Source of the DNA: Leidyana gryllorum EB-2025a
Taxonomy: Eukaryota; Protista; Apicomplexa
Assembly (NCBI GenBank): GCA_048772705.1
Contig: JBLWGC010000194.1
Location: 1-64,000, forward strand
Reading direction: 5' to 3'
Length of the DNA: 64,000 bases
Positions within the stretch are counted from its first letter, which is position 1; every line of letters begins with the position of its first letter. The translations under genes were made by a program, and so were the position numbers. Shown piece after piece: positions 37,275 to 50,323 of the stretch. The notes under the pieces are model-generated. The model made no database searches and had not been told where the DNA came from. It worked only from the letters and a program-made list of their open reading frames with translations.

Positions 37275-38130
37275 TATGCGTCCGGCCGGCACTCACTGTG
37301 TTGGAAGCGAGCGTCTGGTAGATCACCTCGCTTGACTGGCGCGGGTACCCAGTCCCACTGCCCGTTTCGATGTTGACGTAAGCCCCACACGTCACGAAGG
37401 GGGACGCCGGAGGTCGTTCTTCCTCCAAAAATGACCATCATTCCACTAGCAGGGCCCTCTCGACAGATTTCCGCCGAGTGATAGGTTCTCTCAGGGGGTT
37501 TCTTTGCGCTCTGTGGAATGTTCACGAGCACCCAGTGGAAGGGTGAGTGTTCAACATCCATGAACCATATGTCGTTGAGCGACTGCGCTCTATGTCTGCA
37601 TGGCACAGCAGCAGCTGAACAAGGCTCACCCGTCGTTTCCTCCAAATACGATGAGATTGGGTTTATAGTACACTAATGTATGCCCGTAGCGCCGGCCGGG
37701 TGTGTTGCCACTGATGGGAACAGTCATCCAGGTGGGCGTCGGGCTCTTTCGGGCGTCGAGGAGGAGCAGGTAGAGCTCCTCACTGGACAGACTGCCTCCG
37801 CCCGCCGCTCCACCGTACACGACCAACTGCATTGGATCGACACAGGTGGCGCCGTGAGCCGCTCTGGCCAGAGGCGCATTACTTGCGGTGAGCTTAGACC
37901 ACCTCATGGTGGCCATATCCAGTTGGTAGGTGTCATTGGTGATTTGATACCGACCCGTATCTGAAGTCGTGGGTTTTGGGGTGGTTACATGTAAGAGGTG
38001 ATCAGCTAGTATTACCTCCGACTGCACCTCCGAACAGTATCACTTGGCCATTTCCAATACAGGTGGTAGAATGTCCGAATCTGGGTAATGGTGTTTCCCC
38101 GTGCTGGGCTTCTGTAACCAACGTCGCCAT
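34945..38130 (-). CDS. PPKL: Protein phosphatase with Kelch-like repeats (PPKL / BSU1 family)
   Basis: N-terminal Kelch repeats (PRFGHS, ARAAHGA, RRYGHT) and PPP motifs GDIHG, GDYVDRG, RGNHE, HGG, DLLWSDP, RAHE. C-terminal RPATPPR. Many short introns. Confidence 0.96.
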
Positions 38131-38192
38131 GCCCAAGCAGAATTTTTTGAGCGCATGTGCACTGAGGCAAATTGGAGTGTGTGCTCAGCGTG

Positions 38193-39252
38193 ATGGTCGT
38201 GCGTTCACTCAACCCCCACCCTGACGGTGTATTCTTCAGTGCTCAAGCCTGGCAGCAGTGTCTGCCCTATCTGACAATTCTGTGGGCCATTGCATGGAGC
38301 TTTATCTACAAGCATGTTGGCGATGGAGTGAGAGATATCTGACAATGTGCCCTATCATCAGAACCACGATTGCAGCTGGTGATGAAGCTTCTCCCCAAAG
38401 CAGCACGTCAGATCGTGCTTGAAAAGAAAGCCGAGAACCGGGCCTATGATCAGCAGTGCCGCGTTAACGGCACTGCATTTCTTCATGCAGCTATCACGAC
38501 CCCAATCAATCTTCTCACTCTCCATCGACTTAATATGGACCATTATGCAGCCGAGTCCAAACTCTTCGACTCTGCAGGTGCGCGCGCTCTTGACTCGTTC
38601 GGCTCCATCAGTCAGACATTTTCAGCATTGATGATGGCGGGGTATTTTATGTGGGATTTGATTATCTGCGTCCGGCAGTACCGCCAATTCGGTCTTAGCT
38701 TCCTCCTGCATGCCATCCTCTCGTTGTCAGGTGGGTCCAGTCCAAGCTCGCAGTCATGTCATTTCTCCTCAGCCTTGTACTCTCAATTGAGTGCCAAGGA
38801 GCTGCGGACCACATGGCTGGCCGCGGCTCTGCTAGCCACCGAAATCAGCACTCCTTTCCTGCATTGGAGATGGTTCCTGATGCAAGGGAAACAATTCGGG
38901 TACGGCACCAAGATTCAATCAAATTCCACTCGCGCTTCAGAACGTATTTCCAAATTGTGAATGCCGTCTTTCTCTTGGCATTTGTGGGATACAGACTGGT
39001 CCTCGTCGAATGGATAGCCATCTTCCCATACACCAAATTCATCCTCTTCACCGCCAGTGGCCGCGATCGTCCATTGCCATACAGACTTTACTTCCAGGTA
39101 AGACTGTGCATCTCTTCAGTAGCCTATTGAGGTGTCTTGTATTGCAGTTAGTAGTGTCTTGGCTCTGGATGATTTTGAATTACTATTGGGCAATACTGCT
39201 TGGCCGCACCCAGGTTAAGCAGCTTTCTCGAACCCTCTTGAAAACGGACTGA
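38193..39252 (+). CDS. TLC (TRAM/LAG1/CLN8) domain membrane protein
   Basis: AFLHA, AGYFMWDL, FLLHA, TEISTPFLHWRW, NAVFLLAFVGYR, ILNYYW. Multi-exon. Confidence 0.88.
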
Positions 39253-39277
39253 ACCACTCCCAAAAACACATGCTGTG

Positions 39278-41827
39278 ATGACGCACCAGGGGCGGAGTTC
39301 TCGTGATTCCGACCCTCCATCCAACGAGGAGAGGCCCCATATACCCCAACACCATTTGTCTGCTCCCCCCCTCGATGATGCTGGCCGGCTCCGTGGCCCC
39401 GAGCCAAACGAGGTATGTCTCCTTCTAATCACACCTGTCACATTCTCAACCTCAGTGCGTCTTCAACTATGCGCAGTCAGTTTCCAAGTCAAACCGCCTG
39501 CTGCAAGGTTCACAGTGGTCCGGCACATATGTCTCAACGCATCTCAAGATGTCTCCTTCCCAAGACCGCGAGCGAAAACGCTCTATTGAACAATTGTGGG
39601 TCCATCGAGGAGGAGGTTCTCCGTAACGTGACTCGACTGTCTCTTGCAGGTTGAATCACGCTGGGTGCCGCCCCCAGGACCCTTCATGTTCAACCCCCCG
39701 CGATGGGCCGGACAACGCCTGTTCGCGGATTATATTATATGACCAGGGCGAATGTGGTGATATACCCGCTTGTGCTGAAACGTCCGAACTGCCACCCCGT
39801 ATCGAGGCATTCGAGTTGCCGTGCTACTTCTCTAAAAGACCCCAAAGAGTGAGGGTTCCACCAATGAGAGCACATTGTGTGTAATTCTCATGTAGATACT
39901 ATTAGTACTTCGGACCAATACTGACGATGTCACCGCTGTCTCCGTGGTCCTGGCCACCTGGCTGCAGCGGATATGGGATGTATCTGTCTGTATAGAATTG
40001 GGCGCTGTCTCCGACATGGAGGCTCTGGTAAGCGATCGTATTGTGAGTGGAGTCATTTTCTATGCTCAAGGGAGCCAAAGATTTGGAAGTGTGGGATGGC
40101 GACTTTCATTCCAGTATTGACCTCGTTGTCAGTCTGGGCGGAGACGGCACCACACTCTGGATCAGTACAATGTTCCCGGACGTGGTTCCGCCTGTAGTCG
40201 GAGTCACAATGGTAAGAGACGGCTCTCTCGCGTCGCTTGTCAACAGAGGAATACCTCACAGGGCTCCCTCAGCTACTTGAACCAGTTTCGCGCGGAGGAA
40301 CTCTTCGATGTTATGGCACATATTTTGAGCTGCCAAGTGTTCCGCGTCCAGTTGCGATCTCGGCTCTGTAAGTTTCCTTCGACACACCATTTTCAATGTG
40401 TCTCAACTTCCAGTTGTCATGTTGGTCGATGATAATGATCATCCAATCACCACTTCCCACTGCGTCAACGAAGTGGTTGTCGACAGAGGTATGGAAGAGC
40501 ATTGAGCTCCACACACCAAATGATCACCACCAGGCCCCACGAGCGCAATGGCCTTAGTCGATGTCTACGTAAATGACAGATTCTTCACCTCCGTTGCTGC
40601 TGATGGGTAAGTCTTCTAAATCCAATCACTCTCCTCCTACCTTCTCCAGACTAATATTGGCGGCGCCCACCGGATCGACAGCTTATTCCATGTCCGCGGG
40701 CGGTGCCATGGTACATCCAAACGTTCCATGTATTTTGTTCACCCCAATTTGTCCACATTCGCTGTCGATGCGACCCCTCATCCTCCCAGATAATGCCGTC
40801 ATACGGCTGCGGAACCCGGAAGATGCCAGAAACTCTCTTTGGGTGAGTGTCTCCTTTCCAGCACGCGATGCACAATCTCGATTCAGATATCTGCCGATGG
40901 ACGGCCCAGACGGGAGTGCAAAAAGGGGCAATCAATAGTTGTGTCCTTATCTCAATACCCTTTCCCATGTGAGTCAAACTCAGCTTCTTCATCGCCAATG
41001 GGCTCACAGTGGTGTGTAAGTCCACCTGCGAGTGCGGAGACGCCTGGATGCAAGCTCTAACGGACAACCTGAATTGGAATCTGAGAGTTCGGCAACGTGG
41101 ACACGATCCGCTCGCCGGAGACCATCTGCTCACAGATGAGGGCCACGCCAAGAGTGTCTTGGATTATCCATTACCCCCAAATATGCGCAGGTGGTGGAAA
41201 GACTCCGAGCTCCCCAAGGAGACACCTCGATCTGCGCCGAGCTCTTCCTCAACACCCAATCCTGTGGCGAGCAAAAACGACACCCAGCTGGTACCCTTAC
41301 CTGCCAAGTTTATGGAGCGGTCTGAGGCACCGTCTCAGGGGTTACCAACTGGAGTCAGCCCCCCTTCCGTACCCCCCATTCTGGAAAGTTCTGTACCGCA
41401 AGTCGACTCACCGTCTCGACTGATGTTACGAACACAACGGAGTCTGTCGGCACTGGAAGCCCTCGAAGCTTCTGCACCCGATGTCGTACACGATATACTC
41501 TACCCTCCGAATTCTCAGTCCCCGGAGAAAGTCCCATCGCCTCCAGTTGTACTCCCATCGACCTCTGCGGGCCAGTTACCCCATCGCAAGTCGAGCTCCC
41601 ATTCAATAAGCCGAGCAAATTTCCAATCAACCTCGTCTCAGTCACACAGATCACCATTCGTGCAGTCTGTGAGTCGAGTCGTCCACGCAGCAATCGCCAT
41701 TGCTCCATCGGGAAAGGGATCCAACAACGGAACATCCGGCGGACTGTCAGCATCGGCCTCGACCAACAGCGTCACAAACAGCACAAGTCTCAAAGGCAAA
41801 CCCTCTTCACCAGCGCCTTCCTCGTGA
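39278..41827 (+). CDS. NADK: NAD(H) kinase with a Ser/Pro-rich C-terminal extension
   Basis: [48 protein letters not shown]. Many short introns. The 5'-most exons are less certain. Confidence 0.93.
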
Positions 41828-42105
41828 TTTTCGACAAAAAGTGCACATCCGGTCAAGAATGCATTCTTCAACACGCCGGCGAAGTTGGCTTGCCGATGAT
41901 TTAGATTCACTTCGTGCGGGAAAAGAAGAGCTCTGTGTTCCATTGAGCGGGCAACTGAGCATTGCGTTGAGATATTCTCTCATAAGCTTCTCGGAGCTCG
42001 GCAATGTGCTTTCTACCAGCTTCGGTCTTGAAATAAGGTCCTTCCGGTCGATGTGGTCTGTGAAAGGGAAGGAAGTGAAGGTGAACGACACCAATGAGCC
42101 ACCAC

Positions 42106-42834
42106 CTACATCGTTCTGAGTACCCGGGCTGGGTTTCCGACAACTAATGAGTACGGTGGAACATTTTTCGTCACCACCGACCCTGCGCCGACTACGGCTC
42201 CGTCTCCTATGGTTACTCCAGGCAGAATGGTACTGTGACCACCAACCCATACGAGGTCGCCGATGGTGACGGACCTGGATATATCAATGAGTTCTTCCCG
42301 TTGATCCGGGCAGATTGGATGAGTCGCGGTGTAAATGTGAACTCCAGGACCACACATTACACCGTGTCCAATGGTCACTGGCGCCTCGTCTAGTATCACG
42401 AGGCCTGTGTTGGAGTAGAAGCCCGATCCTACACGGGTGTTGAAACCGTAGCTGATCTGAATTGGCGGTTCCAGCTCGCAGTCGTCGGTCACTTGGGCCA
42501 GTAGGCCCTTCAAGAAGGCCATCCTGGCGGTTCGACTCCACGGCGATAGGTTGTTGTACTTCCAACACGCTTGAGACGCACTTTCTCGCAGCGTACTGGA
42601 TTCTCGAGTGGTGCAACAATATGTGAGGCCAAGACTCATTCGTTGAGTGTCTCGCAACTCCCCCAGAACACTGTCATCCAGACAAGAGGGGATCAAAGAG
42701 GGGGGAGTGGTGACACTTTTTGGAGGCAATGGGAAGTTTAATGTGATTCCTTCATTAGCTAATCTGGTAAAAGGTGTCTCATGTTCATCACGGTCATGGC
42801 TACTCTCATCAACTATCTTCGCTGATTCTGACAT
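42106..42834 (-). CDS. Maltose/galactoside O-acetyltransferase-like (hexapeptide repeat), intronless
   Basis: EPPIQISYGFNTRVG, VILDEAPVTIG..VMCGPGVHIYTATHP, VTIGDLVWVGGHSTILPGVTIGDGAVVGAGSVVTKNVP..VVGNPAR. Confidence 0.93.
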   Translation of the reverse strand: MSESAKIVDESSHDRDEHETPFTRLANEGITLNFPLPPKSVTTPPSLIPSCLDDSVLGELRDTQRMSLGLTYCCTTRESSTLRESASQACWKYNNLSPWSRTARMAFLKGLLAQVTDDCELEPPIQISYGFNTRVGSGFYSNTGLVILDEAPVTIGHGVMCGPGVHIYTATHPICPDQREELIDISRSVTIGDLVWVGGHSTILPGVTIGDGAVVGAGSVVTKNVPPYSLVVGNPARVLRTM

Positions 42835-42901
42835 GATGGATTTTCAAGCAAGTCCCGTGATGCGCGAAACGCTCTGTAGCTAACTACACTCGGGTGATCA
42901 A

Positions 42902-44929
42902 TCATATCTGTAGACTTTCAGTGAGGGTCTCTGCTTCGCTCAGCAGTTTGGTCACAGTGAGGTCAATTGCATTCCTCCAGAAAGATTCGTCCTCGAGATT
43001 TACGCCCAGCGGCTAGCCAATGTTACCCATTTAGGAGACACTTTGAAGCTGGGAGAACTTACCTTCAAGAGCTCTTGAGGGCTCTCCGTGCCAGCCCAAG
43101 TCAGGATTGAACGCCATACATTAACAAATTGTTCGTGATGCCTATTGGCGAAGACGTAGCCCGCAATCAATTGCGCCCACGCATAGTTGTAGACATAGAA
43201 AGGCGTTTCGTAAAAGTGCGAAATGCGACACCAGAAGTAATCTGAGTGGTCATAGTTGTCGAAAGAATCAGCATAGAAGGCTTGGAGACTTTCCTGCCAC
43301 GTCTTTACAACTGTCTCGAGATTGAGAGTGTTGCCGGTGAGGCGCGCACGGTATATGCCCTCCTCAAAGTGGTCGAACTGCGCTTGGCGAACCAGAGTAT
43401 TGATGAGAGCGTCTAATCTGCTCATCAATACTCCCAACCGCTTCAGTTTGTCCGCGTTCGTGTCTCCTGACTCCTGGGCACTCAAGTGGTTGCCAAAGAT
43501 CTGTTCGGCAAACAAAGAAGCAGTCTCTGATACTCCCAATTCCAGATCATAGTAGAGAGAGCCGAGCTGTCTAGTGTACTCGAACTGTATCGCATGGCCG
43601 GTTTCATGAGCGATCGTGAACACTTGCGAGAGCAGACCTGTCCACTCCAAGCTAATGAGGGGGCCGACATCTGCACTCGCTGGCGAGCACATGGATCCCC
43701 CACCGACAGCTCTCTCGTCCACCTGGTATCTCTCCTCTTTGAGGAACCGATCGAAGAGTGCTTTGTACTCGAAGCTGTTTGAGCCGAGACTCTCGTCGAA
43801 CTCCTGGAAAGCCTTGCGCACCATCGAAACACCATCCTCCCAGGTGAGCTTTTCATCATCAGATAGCGAGAGCTCGGCCATGCGATCACTCCATCTCAAC
43901 TCTGTCATATTCTTGTTATCAGCCAGTAGAAGCCGTTTCTTCATGTGATAGAAGCGAGTAGTCAGCTTTGGGGACAGCTCTTTAATAATTCTCAGCATCG
44001 ACTCCACACTTTTACGAGACATCCTATTTTCGATATATCTCTGAGCCCTGACATTCTCGTCAACCTGTTGGAGGGTGCGAAATCCAATTTCCCCGATCAT
44101 CAGCCCTTGAAATTGAACTTACCGCATAATGTCTCTGTCGGGAATTGATGATCCAGTCTCCCGAGATTTGGTTCAGTGCAGCCGCACCTTCTAAACCCAA
44201 CTTGTCTCGGAGTATCTGATTTGAGGTCTCGAGACAAGAAGCTCGTACGCGCCAGTCAGGTCGCGATTGGCACTGTGTCAACGACGTTGTTGTCATCTTC
44301 GACGTCTCATTCGAGACGGGGTCAGCCCAATCAACCTCAATGTTCGATACGGCTTGCAGATGATACTTGCCTGCACCGCCCTTCCCAATCCACTTGCTTC
44401 GTTCAGAAAGAAAGTTTTCGAGTTCGTCGCTGAACGTATGCGGCTTTCGAGAATGCAGCATCTGGACATAGGGCGTGTAGAACTTCCATTTGGAGAAAAG
44501 CTTCTCATCCGTCTGCGCATGATAACGGCCAACGGCTTGCCAATCGACTTGGATAATTCCTGTGTCGACAAAACCCAGCAGATCTCTCTGTATGGCATCA
44601 AGTCGCGGTTGCACTTTCTCCATCGTTGTCATCACAGGCTCATTATCCGGCTCCGCCAAAGACAACAGTGATAAGTATTGCATGGGATGAGCGACGATCG
44701 TCTTCATCTTCTCATAAGGCTCGAGTATTTCCACTGGCCACTGGTGCACCTTGACTTTGAAGCTGTGTAGCATCTTAGCCAGCAGCTCCGCCTCATCAAT
44801 GTAATCATTGATCAGCTCATCCTTGGGACTGTCGAATCCAAACAGCTTTTCCAGATTCCACTTTGGCAAATCCTCTGAGAAGACGGACACAGTGCAAAGC
44901 ACTGTCACCAGCCAAGGAGCGGGCGCCAT
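42902..44929 (-). CDS. Oligoendopeptidase F-like M3B metallopeptidase with predicted signal peptide (3 exons)
   Basis: LPKWNL N-terminal motif, TIAHETGHA zinc motif, SETASLFAE, ISHFYETPFYVYNYA, and C-terminal LGVNLEDESFW after an intron. Confidence 0.92.
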
Positions 44930-44936
44930 CTATTGT

Positions 44937-47900
44937 TTATGTACTGCGACCTGCGCCACTAGCCTTAAATCTTTGGTATTCCCCCCAATATCGCTGTCTC
45001 TGCAACCCAGCAATAATCAGTACACTGAAACGCTGCAAGCATGATCTCACGTTTTTGAATCCTTCTTGCTTCCACCAATTCAGTAAGTTCCAAATATTTC
45101 TCTCACTCTTCATCCAGAGTCGGAACCCTTTGGCCGTCACGTACAGTGAGTCTTGAATTGTGTGAGGCTGTCCTGTTCGAGTGCTGTTGCACACAGCCAC
45201 GAGAACAAACCGCTCTGATGGATCCTTGGGGAGATTGTTAGGATCCAATGCAATCCCCCATTGGATAGCTCGGAAGTCTCGTTGTGCCAATCCGGTTAAT
45301 TTAGTCGCCAACTCGTCAGGCGTCATGCCGGCCTGGAATTTCTGCGAAGAAGGACGTAAGCGTCACTGGTCCGGTCCCGTCCCGTCCCTTACCTCGTGAC
45401 CGAAGATGTCATTCAAGAAACCCTTGAACGGCTGGCAAAAACTCCCAATGATCTCATCAATGGCATGGAAAGTCATTCCATTGAGGGTCAGCTCACTTGC
45501 CACTTTGACGACTGCAGAGGCGAAACATAAAGAGACAGTCTAGATCTATAAACATCGATCGTACCGGGATCCAAGTCTCCAGACTCCTTTATATGAAGTA
45601 TCTTATACTTGAAGGGTTTTACACTTGTCTCAAAGTATAGCAACAGATTGTCAGTCGACTCTGACACTCTAATGAAGGCTTGTCCCACTTGTCCTTGAGC
45701 CCGCATTGCCTCCAAAACTTTGACTTGTGAGCCTTGCCGATAGAGTGGATGGTGCACTCGTCGTTGTTTTGGCAACTCTGTCATCATTGTCTCCAATGTT
45801 CGTCGTTTCATATGCGTCGCGATCACCATATCCTCGTCCACCAGAGGCGACAAAGTTAAGTTGTCTCTCCGGACGTCGACAACCCTTGACAGGAGATCTC
45901 GAATGGCCTCGATTGTGCAACACACTTCGACCTCAATCCGGTCAAAGTGAATCTTTCTCAAACGTGCTTTCAGCAGAGTGTCATTCGGACAGTCATCAGC
46001 TCTCATGCCAGACGGCAACCGTTCCTGATCGTCCATAACAACCGCCTCGATACCACTCGGTTCGACCACCCATTTTCTCGTCACCGAGTCTCCGCCACGA
46101 TGAATGACGCGGTGTATGTGTACTTCAGATCCCGTCCTGAATAAGATTGGGTCCTCCGCGGTGATCTTGAAGAAGATCTCTTCAGCAGGCGGTGCCGCAG
46201 ACGGACATCGGGGGTCTCGGAAGGGGAATTCCACCTCTCGCTTGACAAATTCGAGCAAGGGCAGCATCCGTGGACAACCTTGGCCGTGGAGAATGACGGC
46301 ATATGCCTCGAGATCGAGTTCTTCCAGCGCCTCAGGGTGCTTGAAGGTGGCATCAACGAAGGCTCGATCATCCTCCGGATCGGCCAAGAGATCTTCTTGG
46401 GCATCCCGACACATCTTCCGAGCCTGAGAGGCAGATTCACCTGGATGGATCCGACTATCGTCCAAGGGATCTGTGTCGTCGTCACGTTCAGTCCCAAACT
46501 CCTCGCCAGCGCGAATCCGAATGAACGAGGCGCAGTTGTCGTAGACGTGTTTCGGGATAGAGCTGACAACACTGTCATCTCCCTGTTGCTCGCTGTCCAT
46601 GAGATACTGTCTCTCCAACAGCGGACTATAGAAATGATTCAGGAAGGCGGTGGACTTGATCGGACCCAAACCGCAGACAAACTGAAGCAATGAACGCTGA
46701 TGCTTGCAGGTACGGAGACGGTTGATGAAAACGCCTGCGTCGTTGACCACCCGTACGATGACGTTCAGCAACGCGGGTTCCAAAATCTCGCGGGGTATCT
46801 CGGACTGCAAGTGATGGAGACGCAGTGACAGTAGGTAGTTGGGCTTCATTTCGGAAGCGTAGTGCCACAACTGACAATACTCGGAGAGCGGATTTTGAGC
46901 AAAGCGGGCGGCACACAGAGCCTGTGCCGCCCAGATCCCATGATTGTCTCGTAGATCTGACGGACAGACATCCGACTGTGCGAAAAGCTGGGGTACCTCC
47001 AGTGAGCAGAACTGCACCTCAAATCGATTGCGAACTATACGGATGCGCTGCTGGAGATGCTGAACATAGGCCATCAATTCACGGGCGACCATACAATTGG
47101 CACCGATCAATATGAGGTTGGGCCTCGTTCTCTTGCTCAACAAGAGGGTCTCAAATTTGGCCGCGTCTCGTTTGGCTGCCGCGTCTCCATCGGCCTTGAA
47201 GAGGTAATCGATGAGATGATCGAAATGCTGGAAATCCGAGGGTATTCCCTGCCGATTGACTGTGGCCATATGGACCCGTCCTTTCGTGGCAGTGGCACTG
47301 TCCATATCCTTCTCGATGACGATGGTGGTGACCACTGGATGATACATAAGCATAGCCCCACTGTCGAAAGACTCCTTCAGATCATCTCCGGTTGGGGGAT
47401 AGCGCTCCATCTCCTCATTGGTCAATACATCGTCGTCTTCGACGTCATCGTCCTCGACCATAGCCGAGAAATCAGGCCAGCAGGGGCCCGCTTCATTGTC
47501 AGCCAGTGGATGCGCGGGAGGGGCGGCAGCTAAGCGCCACAGAAGAGCCTGTTGTGCCCTTTCGACAACATATTCTTCGGCCAATGCGATCATACGGGCC
47601 TTAACTTCCTTGCGTACTGCAGGCAGGACTTCTTTGACCACAGCATGTTGAACAATGTCGCTGAGCAGTCGTTTCCAGACATCAGGACAGTTACGAGGGG
47701 GGCAGAAGAAACGGGTGATTTGTTGGACAAAGTTGTTGATGGTCGCTTCGTCCTCTCTGTCCGAAGCTTCCAATTGGAGCCATTCTCGGGCGTAATTGTC
47801 AGTGGTGTTCGTCTCGGCTCCAATGATGCCTCCGTCGCTGGTACCGTAATGGCGACTCCTTTGAGAGTGTGCGTTGCGTTCTCGAGCTTTGACACGACCC

Positions 47901-50237
47901 CGTTTCCATCGCAATTCATCAGTTGACACAGCGCGCCAGGGCGCTGGATCAGCAGCCGAGATTGGATGTATAATGCAATGCGCGAGATCATTTTTCTCAG
48001 CTTTCAGAATCTCCAGACCAATTTCTCTGCCTCGATTGACCTCTGCTTCGATAGCCAGCTCGCGGCGCCATCGATCATGTGCATCAGAGGGCTCTCTCAA
48101 GTGGAGACATTCCGCTACGCCGGGATCATTGAATGACAGTGAAGTTTGGCGGTCCGACCAGATCTGCCGGATGGGCCGTCGATAGAGACGGCATGCAATC
48201 CAATTGGGTCTGATTGGATCCACTTGACGTTCGGCTTTGCTGGTGGTTACTGTGGTGACTAACAACTTGTCCCAAATCCATGAGCGGACGAACTGCTTGA
48301 AGCTGGGGTGGAGAGCTAAAGCTCTTCCTTCAAACCTCACTATCCCTTCGAACAATTTGTCAGGGCTACCGAATGCAGCTCCCGCTCCGACTTGTTTGAG
48401 CCATGCTGTCATTGCGCTCTGACCATCATCTCCTCCGCTTCTTTCGCTGAAGATTGGAGGTGGTGGAGGAGCGGAGGTCGACACTTCGGCGTCCTCGTCC
48501 TCCATCTCCACATCCATATCCACTTCGTTGACCATTTCAGCTTCTTTTTCTCGCAAGACGGCGACGAAAGCTTCAGGCGTCATGATATGAGATGCCCAGC
48601 GACTTTGTAGACCCGATTCTAAGAAGTATTTGTGATAAAGTCCATCGGTTGGGGCCGCCGTTCTCCGGCGTTTGATACATCGGCGTCTACCATCTTCGGC
48701 CACCTTTTGCCCACTTTCGGCGTCCTTTTCACCATTGACTGGATTCTCGGGTTGAGAGGAGGGAGCTCGTACCCTCGAAGGTATGTAGTGACGGAAATCT
48801 TGTAATACAGTCTCGTCGTTGGTTTCCGTGAGCATTCGACACAGATCATTCGATACATCGGGGATCTTCTTGAGCTCAGTGAGGAGTGTCTTTTTGAGCT
48901 CATTGATCCTCCACCATTGTACATCCCATTGATATATTTTCCAGATCGCCTCGGGCGTCAGGGGAGGGAAGAGCAGATGCGCTTGATGAGTGATGATGTA
49001 GGGGACCTCGAATCTCTCGTTCAATAGGAGGTGCAGGACCAGCTGAATTTTCTCGGCCAGATCGTCCTCCAACTTCATGGACCGAGGGAAGAAGTACTCT
49101 CCGGGATTGGCCATGTTCTCGGTGCCGGGCCCCGTGGCTCTCAGGACTTGATCATACCGCTTTCTCTGTTTCTCTTCATCAAAGAGATCACATAGGTGAT
49201 ACGAGGGGTAGAGGGAGGTGTACTGAGCCACATCATAATCCTGTGTGGCGTTGCGCACCAATCGGGCGAAAGGAAGGGGGAACGTGTTGGCATATGTACG
49301 GAACTTTTCGACCATCCAAGCCGCTTCTGATTTCAGTGTTGCCTCTGGCACGGGATTGGGTCTGTGCTTATAGCGCTCTACCAATCTCTCTGGTTCATTT
49401 ACTGTCCGGATGGCTTCCCTCGCTAGGTCTTCCTCACTCAGCTCTGCTTTGGCCGGAGCCACATACGTTGCCTCGCCTTCACCGTCATAATCCTCGCCCC
49501 CTGCGCCTGCATCCATGCACTTAGGTCGCCTTCCCCCCAGTATGTCCATCAGTGTTTGAAGATCAAGGCCGAAGATTTCGCGCAGCATAGCCTGTTGAGA
49601 AGCGGAGAGTCCTGCGGAGTAAACTTCCTCGTCGTCTACTGCAGTTGTCCACCCGCCTTCATCGGCGGCATACTCTTCTCCTACACCGTCGCCTTCCTCG
49701 TCAACACCCATGTCATCATCGAAGAGGCCTCTGACAAGTGAGTGTTGTTGTAATTCGAGCGCCAGCCATCCGAGCACTTACTTTTTCCGGCCACCTGCAT
49801 CGTCATCTTCATCCTCATCATCAGAAGACTGTGCTGCTCGTTTCAGGCGCCGAAACCCTCGACTCTTGGTGACCTCCTGCTGTTCCTGACGGAGGTTCTC
49901 CTGGATTAGTTCCAAGTCCTCTGCGTCGAGCTTGTCATCGTCATCTTCTTCGTCATCGTCATTTTCGTCATCATCGCCGTTCCCCTCGTTGGCCTCGGCA
50001 TCACTGACGATAAACTCTTGCAAGTCTGCAAACTCGGTATATACACCGGCTGTCACTTCTATCATACCTTTGTCAGGCTCCTCTTCATCAGCTTCTTCTT
50101 CGTCCTCTTCGTCTCCTTGAGGTATTCGTTTTCCGTCCTGACACGGCAATTTAGTCACACAATAGTCTCCGGTGCCTGTCTACCTGGTTGGACTCCTCGT
50201 CCTCGACAGCCTGGTTGTCGACGAAGTCTTCGGCCAT
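44937..50237 (-). CDS. SPT6: Transcription elongation factor / histone chaperone SPT6
   Basis: Acidic N-terminus (LDAEDLELIQEN), EVPYI, ARFAQNPL, LHHLQ, HhH LLQFVCGLGPIK, NCASFIRI, LDDSRIHP, then S1-like and SH2-like C-terminal regions. Confidence 0.95.
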
Positions 50238-50323
50238 ATTTTTACATCACTTTTTGGACAAGTTGAGTTGACTAAGTCTATTCTGCCACTGCCAAATCTC
50301 ACATTCAAACTCCTCCTCCTATC

